Part shown: in pieces, positions 40,119 through 49,560 of the stretch
Layout of the letters: the number at the start of each line of letters is the position of its first letter
How positions within the stretch are numbered: the first letter of the stretch is position 1
Assembly (NCBI GenBank): GCA_945861635.1
Contig: CAMAWH010000002.1
Span: 54,349-118,348 of the forward strand
Length of the DNA: 64,000 nucleotides
Reading direction: 5' to 3'
Origin: Klebsiella pneumoniae
Lineage (GTDB): Bacteria; Myxococcota_A; UBA796; SXON01
Notes under the pieces: model-generated
Databases searched by the model: none
What the model was told of the DNA's origin: nothing
The model's input: only the letters and a program-made list of their open reading frames with translations
Position numbers and translations under genes: made by a program

Positions 40119-40982
40119 CTACCTCAAAAATCCCTTCCTGAACTCACCTTCTACCCAGCCCTCCGCCCACAACAGGTACTGGTCCTCCTCCGCGGCACTA
40201 GGCTGGCCGATCATCGGCTGGATGTGCCGCCCCGTCGCGATTTGCCACCACGCGGGTGCGCCGGTCTGGGTGTCGTACAGCACGAGCATCGCCTCCACCC
40301 GCGCGCCGGCCGTGCAGCCATACTCTTGCCCGAGAAACCAGCCGCCGTTGTGGATATAATAGTTTCGCAGGTACGGCACGAGTACCCAACGGCTCTCCAC
40401 CCCGCCCGCCCACGCCCCCGGCACCAGCGTCGTTCGCGGCAGGTTGACGTTGTCGTGGCCATCGTCCTCATGCATGCCGCGGATGGGCCGGCGCTCCGGC
40501 GTCGGCGCAACAAATGGGCCCGCGTCGCCACCGAGAATCAAGCTGCGAGCCGGAACCTTCGCTTCCGTCAGCACGGTACTGACGGTATCGCGGAGCCAGT
40601 TCACGCCTTGCACCGAGATGTCGTCCTGCGCGGAAAACTCAATCAGCCGGGCTCGCACCTCCAGCGCGGTTTCTCCTGTCCGAATGAAGCCGCCGCCGAA
40701 GCGAACCGCACCGATGTATTCATTGGCGAGAAACGCCGCGTCCCGCGCATTCTCCGCCGCGAGCACGGTCGGCGGTGGCAGGTGCTCCTGACCCTCGCGC
40801 AGCTGTGCCTCGATAGCCCCGCCAAACGGCGACGACTTTACCGCCGGCGGCGAGAGTTCCCCGACGCGAACGACGGGAGCAACGACAACGCCCAATGAAG
40901 CAACACTTTCGCGCACCATCTTCAAGTCGGCCCCCGCGAACGTGGGAGGACGATGCGCGCACGCCAACAGGAGGAATACCAT
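40119..40982 (-). CDS. lipoprotein, hypothetical
   Basis: MVFLLLAC lipobox at the first possible start. High GC3. Confidence 0.55.
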   Translation of the reverse strand: MVFLLLACAHRPPTFAGADLKMVRESVASLGVVVAPVVRVGELSPPAVKSSPFGGAIEAQLREGQEHLPPPTVLAAENARDAAFLANEYIGAVRFGGGFIRTGETALEVRARLIEFSAQDDISVQGVNWLRDTVSTVLTEAKVPARSLILGGDAGPFVAPTPERRPIRGMHEDDGHDNVNLPRTTLVPGAWAGGVESRWVLVPYLRNYYIHNGGWFLGQEYGCTAGARVEAMLVLYDTQTGAPAWWQIATGRHIQPMIGQPSAAEEDQYLLWAEGWVEGEFRKGFLR

Positions 40983-41090
40983 CGGGCGCGATTAGCCGGG
41001 CGCGAGGAATCGTGCCGCTACCCTCCGGTTGACGGATTCACGGCGCGTCGGTCCGACCCCAAAAACGGACGCGCGGAGCGCGGCCCCGAA

Positions 41091-42068
41091 TCACCCCAAT
41101 TCACGGCTACGGCCCACCACATCCCGCAGTGACAGCCCCTCGACTGCCAGAAAGATCACGCCGACAAGCACGGTAAAAATGAACTGGCTGAGGTGCAGGA
41201 TGAGCGCAAAGGCTCCCGCTGACTCCGACCGCGCTCCGAGCACGGTCACCACCGCCGTGCAGGCCGCCTCGTACCCCCCGAAGAACCCCGGCGTCGGCAA
41301 CGCCGTCATGCCAGTCAGCGTCACCGTCCAGGTCGTCAGCGCATCCCCAAACGTTGCCGGCATGCCGACGAACCCCACCATCGTGAGTTGCACCGCCCAC
41401 ACCGTCAGCACCCAGATGACGACGCTTTGAAACAGGACGAGCGCGGCCGTGCCCGGGGTCCGCGCGAGCACCAGCAGCCCTTCTCGAAATCGGCGCACGA
41501 GCCCGCCAATCGGCGTCCGGTCCGTGCGCGAAAGCAGTGTTTCGCCGAGCATCACCATGCCGACCAGGCCGCCGACCCCGAGTACGACGACCGCCCCCGC
41601 CGCGCGCTGGCCCGCGACGATCAGATCGACGCCGTTCACGACCAACGCACCGACCGGAAGATCCACGCCGAACGCTACGATGAACAACATGCCGAGCAGC
41701 ATGAGAACATCGACCAGTCGTTCGAGAAAAACGGCGGCCAAAGCCGCCCCGAACGGGATGCCCTCCTTCTCTCGCAGCAGGTAGGGCCGCACGAATTCCC
41801 CCATGCGCAGCGGGACGACGTGAATGGCGAGGTAGCCAATCGAAAGGATGGAAAACAGCCGCAAAAGCGGAATCGGACGGCCCAAAAGCGAACGCAACCG
41901 CCATGACCGCAGGAGGTGACAGGCACCATAGATCGCCCAGACCGGCGCCATCAACGACCACCGGAACTGCACAAAAGACTCGGCTGCGGCCGAGAGATCG
42001 AGGCGAGAGAGCACCCAACCGAGGCAGACAGCAGTCACGACGAAAACGCCGGCGAGCTTTCGATTCAC
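41091..42068 (-). CDS. flippase-like (lysyl-PG synthase TM region / UPF0104) membrane protein
   Basis: About 8 TM segments. N-terminus RKLAGVFVVTAVCLGWVLSRLDL is typical of the family. Start overlaps the upstream stop by 4 nt. Confidence 0.7.
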   Translation of the reverse strand: MNRKLAGVFVVTAVCLGWVLSRLDLSAAAESFVQFRWSLMAPVWAIYGACHLLRSWRLRSLLGRPIPLLRLFSILSIGYLAIHVVPLRMGEFVRPYLLREKEGIPFGAALAAVFLERLVDVLMLLGMLFIVAFGVDLPVGALVVNGVDLIVAGQRAAGAVVVLGVGGLVGMVMLGETLLSRTDRTPIGGLVRRFREGLLVLARTPGTAALVLFQSVVIWVLTVWAVQLTMVGFVGMPATFGDALTTWTVTLTGMTALPTPGFFGGYEAACTAVVTVLGARSESAGAFALILHLSQFIFTVLVGVIFLAVEGLSLRDVVGRSRELG

Positions 42069-42832
42069 TCCGCGCGCCGGGGGCGAAGCGCTTGCAAACC
42101 GAGTATCGAGTTGTCCAACGCCTGATCTCCGCCCACGCCATACAACTCGGGCGGATCTGGACGCGTCACCTCCGTGCCGAACAGGCGATCCCAGAGCGGG
42201 AGGGCGTTTGCATAGTTTCCATCACATAAACTCCCGTCACGTGTGTGGTGCCAGGAGTGGAAAAGCGGCGTGTTGAAAACACGGAACCACACACGACGCC
42301 ACCGGGTGTCCAGCGGGAAACGCACGTTGGCGTGCTCGATGCTGTCCGCAACGATGCCAACGGAGAGCGCGGCCATCAGCGGCCATCCGTCGTTTACGTG
42401 GAACAGCACACCGAACAGGAAAAGCGGAATCGCGCTGAGCTGAAGGAAGTCGATGGCGTGCATGCGCAAGCCCGACGTGGCGTCGATGCGCTCCGTCGAG
42501 TGGTGGACCCGGTGAAACCGCCACAGGATCGGCACTCGATGGTCCGCGAGGTGCACCCAGTAGCGCACGAAATCGAGCGCCAAAAACGCGACGAGGAACT
42601 GCAGCGCATCGGGAAGGGGTGTGAGGTCGATGAGGCCGATGTCCACTGCCTTCACGCCCCACCACGTGAGGCAAAACGTGAACCCGAGTCGTAGGGAGAA
42701 AAGCAGCGTTCCGGTTACGACGCTGATCACCGAATCGGTCACCAAAACTCCACCCGCCTGCCGCGGCCACAGCGCGCCCGCGGCCAACCCGAGAGCGAGC
42801 GCAAGAGCCTGAACGAGCGTGGTCACGGGCAC
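42065..42832 (-). CDS. fatty acid hydroxylase / sterol desaturase superfamily membrane enzyme
   Basis: Histidine boxes HLADH, HRVHH and HSWHH. N-terminal TM segments. Confidence 0.8.
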   Translation of the reverse strand: MPVTTLVQALALALGLAAGALWPRQAGGVLVTDSVISVVTGTLLFSLRLGFTFCLTWWGVKAVDIGLIDLTPLPDALQFLVAFLALDFVRYWVHLADHRVPILWRFHRVHHSTERIDATSGLRMHAIDFLQLSAIPLFLFGVLFHVNDGWPLMAALSVGIVADSIEHANVRFPLDTRWRRVWFRVFNTPLFHSWHHTRDGSLCDGNYANALPLWDRLFGTEVTRPDPPELYGVGGDQALDNSILGLQALRPRRAE

Positions 42833-42890
42833 AGCACCGCAATTTACCCTGCGGCGGGATAGTCACGCGGCCCCGCGCGTAGAGGCCGCC

Positions 42891-44477
42891 ATGATCGTCG
42901 TAAGCAATGTGTCGAAAGGTTTCGGCGGTCGCCTCCTGTTTGAGGACGTCAACACCTCGTTCGGCCCGGGCAAACGGTTCGGCCTGACGGGTCCGAACGG
43001 CGCCGGCAAGTCCACCTTCATGAAAATCCTGAACGGCGACATGGATCCCGACAGCGGCTACATCTCCAAGCCGAAGCGCCTCGGAGTCTTGCGCCAGGAC
43101 CATTCGATCTACGACCACATGCGCGTTGTTGACGTGGTGATCGCCGGCAACAAACGCCTTTGGGAGGCGATGCAAGAAAAGGATCGCCTGCTCGCCAAAT
43201 CGGATTTGACAGACGACGAAGGTGTCTCGCTCGGGGAACTCGAGTGCCTGGTTGCGGAGGAGGACGGATACACCGCCGAGTCCGATGCTGCCATCATGTT
43301 GGAGGGCCTCGGCATCGATCAGGGATCGATCGAACAGCCCCTCGCGAACCTCAAGGGCGGCTTCAAACTCCGAGTGCTTCTGGCGCAAGCGCTGTTCGGC
43401 CGTCCCGATGCGCTTTTGCTGGACGAACCGACCAACCACCTCGACCTGGAGTCCATCGAGTGGCTCGAGGACTTCCTGATGTCCTTTCACGGCGTGCTGG
43501 TCGTGATCTCCCACGACCGCCACTTCCTGAACACGGTGTGCACCCACATCGCGGACATCGACTACGAAACGATCATCCAGTACACAGGCAATTACGACGA
43601 CATGGTGCGCGCAAAGGCGCAGGTGCGCAGTCAGGTCGAATCGTCCAACGCCAAGAAGATGGACAAGGTCAAACAACTGCAGGACTTCATCCAGCGGTTT
43701 GCGGCCGGTACGCGATCGACTCAGGCGGCCAGCCGCAAGAAAGAGCTGGAGCGCCTTCGCCCCGACGAAATCAAGCGGTCCAACATCGCGCGGCCGTACA
43801 TCCGTTTTGAGATTGAGAAGCCCGGCGGCCGGGAAGTGCTCGTCGTCCACAAGCTGGCCGGCGGGTACGGTGAGACGCGGATCTTCGACCGACTCCATCT
43901 CTCGGTGGAGCGAGGCGACAAAATCGCGGTCATCGGCCGCAACGGTGCGGGAAAGACGACGCTCGTTCAAACGCTCCTTGCGGAACTACCCGCGTTACAA
44001 GGTAATATAAAGTGGGGCCACGAGGTGAACGTCGGCTACTTTCCGCAGGAACACGAAAACCAGATTCCTGCCGGCCACACCGTCTTCAACTGGATGTTCG
44101 AGCATCGCCCTGAGGTCGGCAAGGAGGGGGTGCGGCAGGTTCTGGGTCGCATGCTGTTTTCCGGCGAGGATGGCGACAAACCGACGGGGACGCTGTCCGG
44201 CGGGGAGCGCGTGCGGACGCTACTCGCAAGGTTGATGCTGCTGAAATTCAACACCCTCGTGCTCGACGAGCCGACAAACCACATGGACCTCGAAGCCATT
44301 TCTTCCCTGCGGGACGGCATCGCGCAATTTCCGGGAACGTGCATCTTCGTCAGCCATGACCGCGACCTTGTTGAAAACGTGGCGAACAAGATCATTTCGT
44401 TGGAAAACGGCCGCGCGGACGTCTACCCGGGTGGATGGACGGAATACCGAAAAGCGAAGAAGGACGCTGAAAAATGA
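42891..44477 (+). CDS. ABC-F family ATPase (YbiT-like)
   Basis: Two ABC cassettes (GPNGAGKST / GRNGAGKTT; LSGGFKLR / LSGGERVR), no TM domain, 528 aa. Confidence 0.9.
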   Translation: MIVVSNVSKGFGGRLLFEDVNTSFGPGKRFGLTGPNGAGKSTFMKILNGDMDPDSGYISKPKRLGVLRQDHSIYDHMRVVDVVIAGNKRLWEAMQEKDRLLAKSDLTDDEGVSLGELECLVAEEDGYTAESDAAIMLEGLGIDQGSIEQPLANLKGGFKLRVLLAQALFGRPDALLLDEPTNHLDLESIEWLEDFLMSFHGVLVVISHDRHFLNTVCTHIADIDYETIIQYTGNYDDMVRAKAQVRSQVESSNAKKMDKVKQLQDFIQRFAAGTRSTQAASRKKELERLRPDEIKRSNIARPYIRFEIEKPGGREVLVVHKLAGGYGETRIFDRLHLSVERGDKIAVIGRNGAGKTTLVQTLLAELPALQGNIKWGHEVNVGYFPQEHENQIPAGHTVFNWMFEHRPEVGKEGVRQVLGRMLFSGEDGDKPTGTLSGGERVRTLLARLMLLKFNTLVLDEPTNHMDLEAISSLRDGIAQFPGTCIFVSHDRDLVENVANKIISLENGRADVYPGGWTEYRKAKKDAEK

Positions 44478-45115
44478 ACACCGCGTGGTGGAAGCACGCG
44501 CGCGCGGCATTCGTGACGTTCCACCTCGTGGCCATCGGCCTGTCGGCGCTTCCGAACGCGGGAGAAGGCCTGAACCGGAAAGCCTGGCAGGACCCGACCG
44601 TACGCGATGAGTTCGCGCGCTGGGCCGGCTACCTCCACACTGACGTGGATGCACTGCAAGACAAGGCATACGTCGTGGCGAAAGCCGCAGCTGATGCCAG
44701 AAACGCGGCGCTGGTTCCGTTCCGGCCGTACCTGCACTGGTCGGGCACAAACCAGAGCTGGAAGATGTTTGTGGCGGCTCATAAATATCCGACGCGCATG
44801 CAGATTCAATCACGACGAGAAGGCGGCGAGTGGGAGACCGTGTTCGAGGAGGGCAGCGACACCGCGACCTGGAACCGGGCGGCGTTCGCGACGGAGCGCA
44901 TGCGTGCGTCCATCTTCGTATGGGGGTGGTCTACCTACGCAAACCGCTGGAAGTCCGCGTGCAATGCCTTTGGTCGGCGGCTTTTTCTGGAGGATGATGA
45001 GCGCGTGGAGGTGCGTTGCCGGATGTGGAAAGCGCGCTCGCCGACCGCGGAGGAGGCCCAGCAAAGCGTCGTTCCCGAGGGGAAGTGGATCTTTGAGCGA
45101 GTGGTGCCGCGGTGA
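44474..45115 (+). CDS. N-terminally anchored hypothetical protein, HTTM partner
   Basis: ATG overlaps the ABC-F stop (ATGA). One TM segment (AAFVTFHLVAIGLSALP). High GC3. Confidence 0.6.
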   Translation: MNTAWWKHARAAFVTFHLVAIGLSALPNAGEGLNRKAWQDPTVRDEFARWAGYLHTDVDALQDKAYVVAKAAADARNAALVPFRPYLHWSGTNQSWKMFVAAHKYPTRMQIQSRREGGEWETVFEEGSDTATWNRAAFATERMRASIFVWGWSTYANRWKSACNAFGRRLFLEDDERVEVRCRMWKARSPTAEEAQQSVVPEGKWIFERVVPR

Positions 45116-46098
45116 CGACGGATGCCGCGAAAGGGACGGGCGCGCTCTGGCCGCGGTGGGTTGCCCTGCTCGACACTCGAGAGGGCGGCGAATCGCTCGC
45201 GCTCGTGCGGATCCTGGCGGGATGGACGCTGGCGACGCACCTGCTCCACCACTGGTGGACCGGCGCGCTGGACTGGGCATGGCTTGACATCGCCCACGGC
45301 GGAACCCGCAACCAAAACCTCCGCTGGCTCGATGGACTCGGCGGTGCAACGCCGACCAACATTTACTCCCTTACGACCATCGCCATCCTGGCTGGCGCGG
45401 CCATGATCGCCGGCGCATACACCCGATACGCGACGTTCATCGCGTGGGGCGCGTGGCAGGTCCTCGCGAATCTCAACGCCAACGCCGGTGGATCGTACGA
45501 CGAGTTGTTCTCCAACGTGCTGTTTCTGCTCCTCTTGTCCGACTGCGGCCGCGCGTGGTCCGTGGACGCGCGTTGGCGCGGAAAAACCGGAAGCGTCCCG
45601 GCGTGGCCGCGCTGGCTCATCGCGCTGCAGCTCGTCGTGATGTACGACAGCACGGCGTGGCAAAAGCTGTCCTCCGGATGGATCCTGGGTGGCCCGGGTG
45701 ACGCGCTCTGGTTCATCCTGCAGCAGCCAACGTGGCACCGCATGTCGATGACGTGGCTGTGGCCGTTCTCCTCGATCCTCGCGATCTCCACACAAGCTAT
45801 CTGGTGTTTCGAGCACGCGTCTCCGTTGCTCCTCCTTGCCGCATGGTATCGGCGCACGCGCACCCACCCCGGCTGGATGCGCGCACAGTTCAATCGGATC
45901 GACTTCCGCACGAAGTACCTGACGATCGGCGTGCTCATGCACCTCGGCATCGAGGCCACCATGGAAGTCGGCCCCTTTCTGCTCGCGACGATGTGTTGCT
46001 ATCTCGCGTGGCTTGCGCCGGACGAGGCGCGCCGCATCGTTACGCGACTCCGCACGCGCTTCTCCGCAATGCAGCCAGCGCCTATTCCACCGGCGTAA
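45112..46098 (+). CDS. HTTM (vitamin-K-carboxylase-like transmembrane) domain protein
   Basis: GESLALVRILAGWTLATHLL followed by a polytopic W-rich region, typical of HTTM. GTG overlaps the upstream stop (GTGA). Confidence 0.7.
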   Translation: MTTDAAKGTGALWPRWVALLDTREGGESLALVRILAGWTLATHLLHHWWTGALDWAWLDIAHGGTRNQNLRWLDGLGGATPTNIYSLTTIAILAGAAMIAGAYTRYATFIAWGAWQVLANLNANAGGSYDELFSNVLFLLLLSDCGRAWSVDARWRGKTGSVPAWPRWLIALQLVVMYDSTAWQKLSSGWILGGPGDALWFILQQPTWHRMSMTWLWPFSSILAISTQAIWCFEHASPLLLLAAWYRRTRTHPGWMRAQFNRIDFRTKYLTIGVLMHLGIEATMEVGPFLLATMCCYLAWLAPDEARRIVTRLRTRFSAMQPAPIPPA

Positions 46099-47077
46099 CG
46101 ACGAGACCCTCGACATAGTTCGCCGTGATGTTCTCGCCGGTGATGTGGAGGCAAACCTCCTCTCCATCGGGGCAGTCCTGGCAGTAGACGCCGAGTTCTT
46201 CCACGAACTTGCACGTCGCGGTCGGCGTGTCGGACTGGCCAATCAGGGGGCCCATGTTGCGGGTGTCCGCCAAACCCGTGACATGGCCCTGCTGGATCGT
46301 CAGCCCGTCCGCCGCAAACGTACCGGTCAGGACAAAGTCGTTGATGGGGATGTCCGTGTCCCCGTACTTGATGTTGATGCGGTCCGACGAGGCGACGAAA
46401 TACGGCTGCGCCGTGAAGTCGCCCGCCGGAAACGGCCACGTGGGCTGATCCTCGACTTGCGAGAGGTCATCGACGTCGCCCAGCGCGCCTTCGAAGGTGA
46501 TGGACGTTTCGTCGGCGGCCATGACGCCGAACAGCAGCGGCGCCGTCAGCAAGGCGTCATCGAACTGTTCCAGAATGGCAGGCTCCGTGATGTCGGCGTC
46601 CGCGAGCGTGAAGACGTAGGTCCGCCCGAGCAGGCTCGATACCGGGTCGACAAGCGGCGTGCCGAGCGCGGACGTCGTGAGCATACTCTGACTGGTGACG
46701 CCGCAAACCTCGACGTGGACGGTGTATGCGGTGTTTGGCGCCAACGTCGGCCACACGGTCGCGTGGAGTTTCGCCTGATCCCACTCCACCGTCGCTGCAA
46801 CCGCCGCGCCCGTGGGATCCCAGACCTCGATCAGCGCGCTGGCCGCGTCGTCGTTGGAGTCCGCGTCGAACAGGATGCCGACGGTACCGTGGTAGTAGAA
46901 ATCGAGCGTCCCGGATTCCGGCTCGAACGCGGCCACCACCGCACTGCAATTTCCGGTGTCCGTATCGTCGACGTACCCGTTGGAGTCCACGCTCCCCTTT
47001 CCGTTGTTCGCGGCGGGGCACCCGACCAAACCAACCAGACCTGCAACACGGGTCAACCTCACAATGCGATTCATCAT
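46082..47077 (-). CDS. lipoprotein with Ig-like (SbsA-type) N-terminal domain
   Basis: RVAGLVGLVGC lipobox. The stretch ...PTLAPNTAYTVHVEV is Ig-like. ATG overlaps the upstream stop (ATGA). Confidence 0.6.
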   Translation of the reverse strand: MMNRIVRLTRVAGLVGLVGCPAANNGKGSVDSNGYVDDTDTGNCSAVVAAFEPESGTLDFYYHGTVGILFDADSNDDAASALIEVWDPTGAAVAATVEWDQAKLHATVWPTLAPNTAYTVHVEVCGVTSQSMLTTSALGTPLVDPVSSLLGRTYVFTLADADITEPAILEQFDDALLTAPLLFGVMAADETSITFEGALGDVDDLSQVEDQPTWPFPAGDFTAQPYFVASSDRINIKYGDTDIPINDFVLTGTFAADGLTIQQGHVTGLADTRNMGPLIGQSDTPTATCKFVEELGVYCQDCPDGEEVCLHITGENITANYVEGLVVTPVE

Positions 47078-48006
47078 TCCTCCACGCCATAGATGGGCGT
47101 AACGGTCAGCGTATACCAGTGAAAGATGCTGCCCTGCGCAGCATTTTCATTCGTCACAGAAAGGTACCAGTCATGCGCGACCGTGACCTTTGTCTCATGA
47201 TACGGGTCCAGATCGTAGTCAATTTCGCCGTAGGCGTCCGTGAATAGTAGGTTGCCTGCCGAACTCCACAGCTGCAGCGTGATGTCCGCGGCGGACCCGG
47301 CGGTGAACGCCTCCACCGTGAAGTCGATGTACTGCGCGCCGTCCGGCGTGTTGATGTGGTACCAATCCTCATCCGGATTGCCCTGCGCTGGCTTCGAGAT
47401 CGTGCCGAAGACCGTCGTGTCCATCGGCAAAATCGTCGCAACCGTCAGGTCGTCGTTCACCTCGATTTCCTCCATCTGCCAGTCGACGGGGCGCTTCGTG
47501 ACGGAGGCCATGAGGTACCAGGAGTACCCCGGCCCCCCGAGATGGGTCGTTTCCGACGCGCCGGCCAGGAAATGGCCGACCTGCGACGCCGGGAAGATCA
47601 GCTCCGCATCGGCCGTCAGGTACGAGTCGTAGTGGAGGACGGACTCGTCCGCTTCGGTGAACGCGACCTGCAACTGTACGTCCGCGCTCGATCCACGGGA
47701 TTCCGCGTCCAGCGAAAGCCGCACCCAGCCTTCCTCCGCGAGATCGAACGCAAACCAATCCTGATCCCGCCCATCCGCAAAGTGGCCGCACGCTTGCGTC
47801 TCCATCGGCAGGTCCTGGGGGGTCGCGAGCGGGTTCGGTTCGACCTCCACGAGTTCGCACATCGCCGGCGGACCCGAGTCCGCGCCGCTGTCCGTGCTGC
47901 TATCTCCTTCTCCCGCGGGGTCCGGCCGGGGATCGGATGGATTCCCATCCACAGGAATCTCGTAGCACCCGTTGCACCCCGCGAGCAGCAGCAGAAACGT
48001 CAGCAT
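47074..48006 (-). CDS. lipoprotein with two pre-peptidase C-terminal (PPC)-like domains
   Basis: MLTFLLLLAGC lipobox. EVEPNP ... DQDWFAFDL and EIEVNDD ... DEDWYHINT repeats. Alternative ATG at 48027. Confidence 0.6.
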   Translation of the reverse strand: MLTFLLLLAGCNGCYEIPVDGNPSDPRPDPAGEGDSSTDSGADSGPPAMCELVEVEPNPLATPQDLPMETQACGHFADGRDQDWFAFDLAEEGWVRLSLDAESRGSSADVQLQVAFTEADESVLHYDSYLTADAELIFPASQVGHFLAGASETTHLGGPGYSWYLMASVTKRPVDWQMEEIEVNDDLTVATILPMDTTVFGTISKPAQGNPDEDWYHINTPDGAQYIDFTVEAFTAGSAADITLQLWSSAGNLLFTDAYGEIDYDLDPYHETKVTVAHDWYLSVTNENAAQGSIFHWYTLTVTPIYGVEE

Positions 48007-48053
48007 CGGCCCCCACCATAGCGTCATCCGGCTACAGTGGCACCGGAGGAGAG

Positions 48054-49520
48054 ATGCTGCTCGCGCTTGCGCTGGGGGCCTGTACGGGCCCGGATACGTC
48101 ACTTCAACGCGTGTACCCGAACATGATCGTCACGCCGGAGGACGTGTCGTTCGGAGATGTTGCCGTTCATTACTCCGGTTCCATGAACATCACCGTCGTG
48201 AATGGAGGCCCCGCAACGCTCCAGATCGACAGCCTGGACATCGTGTCCAGTACGCCGGACGCATTCACGATTGAAACGGTAGAGCAGAACCTGCCGCTGA
48301 TCCTGAAGAAGGACGAGACGACCACGCTACGGCTCGGCTTCCTCCCAGAGACCTACGTAACGTACACCGGAAGCCTCGCCATCTCGTCGAATGATGAGGA
48401 ATTTCCTTACCTCGAAGTTCCGCTTTCCGGAGTTGGCGTGGACCTCCCCGGTCCGGACATCGACGTCGACCCCACGTCGTGGGATTTTGGTGCGGAGTTG
48501 GCGGCGGGCTCGCAGAATTATTTCGAGATCGCCGTCAACAACGTAGGTGACGGCCCGTTGAACATCGTCGATGTCGAGCAATTCGGCTCCGGCGCGTTCG
48601 GCATCGCCAGCGCGAGCATCGCCGGATTCACCGTCCTTCCTGATCAGTTCGCTTCCATCCTGTTGGCCTATGTCCCCACCGACACCAACGGAGACAACGG
48701 CACGGTCGTCATCACGAGCGATGACCCGGACGAATCGTCCGTCACCGTCACGCTACTCGGCAATGGCGGCGGAAACTACGAGTACCCGACGGCCGTCATC
48801 GACGCGCCCGACTCGGCGCCTCCGCGCACTACCGTGACCCTCGACGGCCGGGGCAGCTCCGATCCCAACGGTCTCACGCCGCTCGTCTACCACTGGGCGC
48901 TGGAATCCATCCCGGAAGGCTCCGCCACGTCCGGCCTCGTCAACGACTCCACGGACCTCACGTACCTTCCCCTTGACATCGCTGGGGACTACGTCGTGTC
49001 ACTCTCCGTCACCAACACGGACGGCGTTTCCAGCGCGCCCGCACGCCACACGATTCACGCGATTCCAACCGAGGCGCTTCACGTCGAATTGTCCTGGGAC
49101 GCCGTCGCCGCGGATCTCGATCTGCACGTTCTGAACGGCGCTGGCAACTTTTTCCAGAATCCGAACGACTGCAATTGGTGCAATCAGGGGCCCGACTGGG
49201 GAGAGGTCGGTTCGGGGGACGACCCCTCGCTCGATATCGACGACCGCTCCGGCCTCGGTCCGGAAAACATCAACATCCTCGCCCCGGCGGAAGGCATCTA
49301 CCCGGTGCTTGTGCACTACTTCGAAGACAATGGCGATGACGCAACGGTTGCGACGGTGCGCGTCTACCTGGACGGCGTACTCTTCGACCAATGGAGCCAC
49401 ATCCTCTACCGGGACGACGTGTGGACGGTCGGCGATATCAACTGGCCCGAGGCGACGGTCGGGCTCGTGGATACGGTGGACACCAACGCGGATCATCGCA
49501 CGTGTCAGGCGGCGAAGTAG
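48054..49520 (+). CDS. lipoprotein: 2x choice-of-anchor-D/ASH-like + PKD-like + C-terminal beta domain
   Basis: GGAGGAGAG-ATG ribosome-binding site. MLLALALGAC lipobox. VSFGDVAVHYSG..ITVVNGGPATLQI and WDFGAELAAGSQ..IAVNNVGDGPLNI. The stretch TVTLDGRGSSDPNG is PKD-like. Confidence 0.65.
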   Translation: MLLALALGACTGPDTSLQRVYPNMIVTPEDVSFGDVAVHYSGSMNITVVNGGPATLQIDSLDIVSSTPDAFTIETVEQNLPLILKKDETTTLRLGFLPETYVTYTGSLAISSNDEEFPYLEVPLSGVGVDLPGPDIDVDPTSWDFGAELAAGSQNYFEIAVNNVGDGPLNIVDVEQFGSGAFGIASASIAGFTVLPDQFASILLAYVPTDTNGDNGTVVITSDDPDESSVTVTLLGNGGGNYEYPTAVIDAPDSAPPRTTVTLDGRGSSDPNGLTPLVYHWALESIPEGSATSGLVNDSTDLTYLPLDIAGDYVVSLSVTNTDGVSSAPARHTIHAIPTEALHVELSWDAVAADLDLHVLNGAGNFFQNPNDCNWCNQGPDWGEVGSGDDPSLDIDDRSGLGPENINILAPAEGIYPVLVHYFEDNGDDATVATVRVYLDGVLFDQWSHILYRDDVWTVGDINWPEATVGLVDTVDTNADHRTCQAAK

Positions 49521-49560
49521 CGGCGGGATTCCTCGCGATCACCAGACAGCCGCCCGCGCG

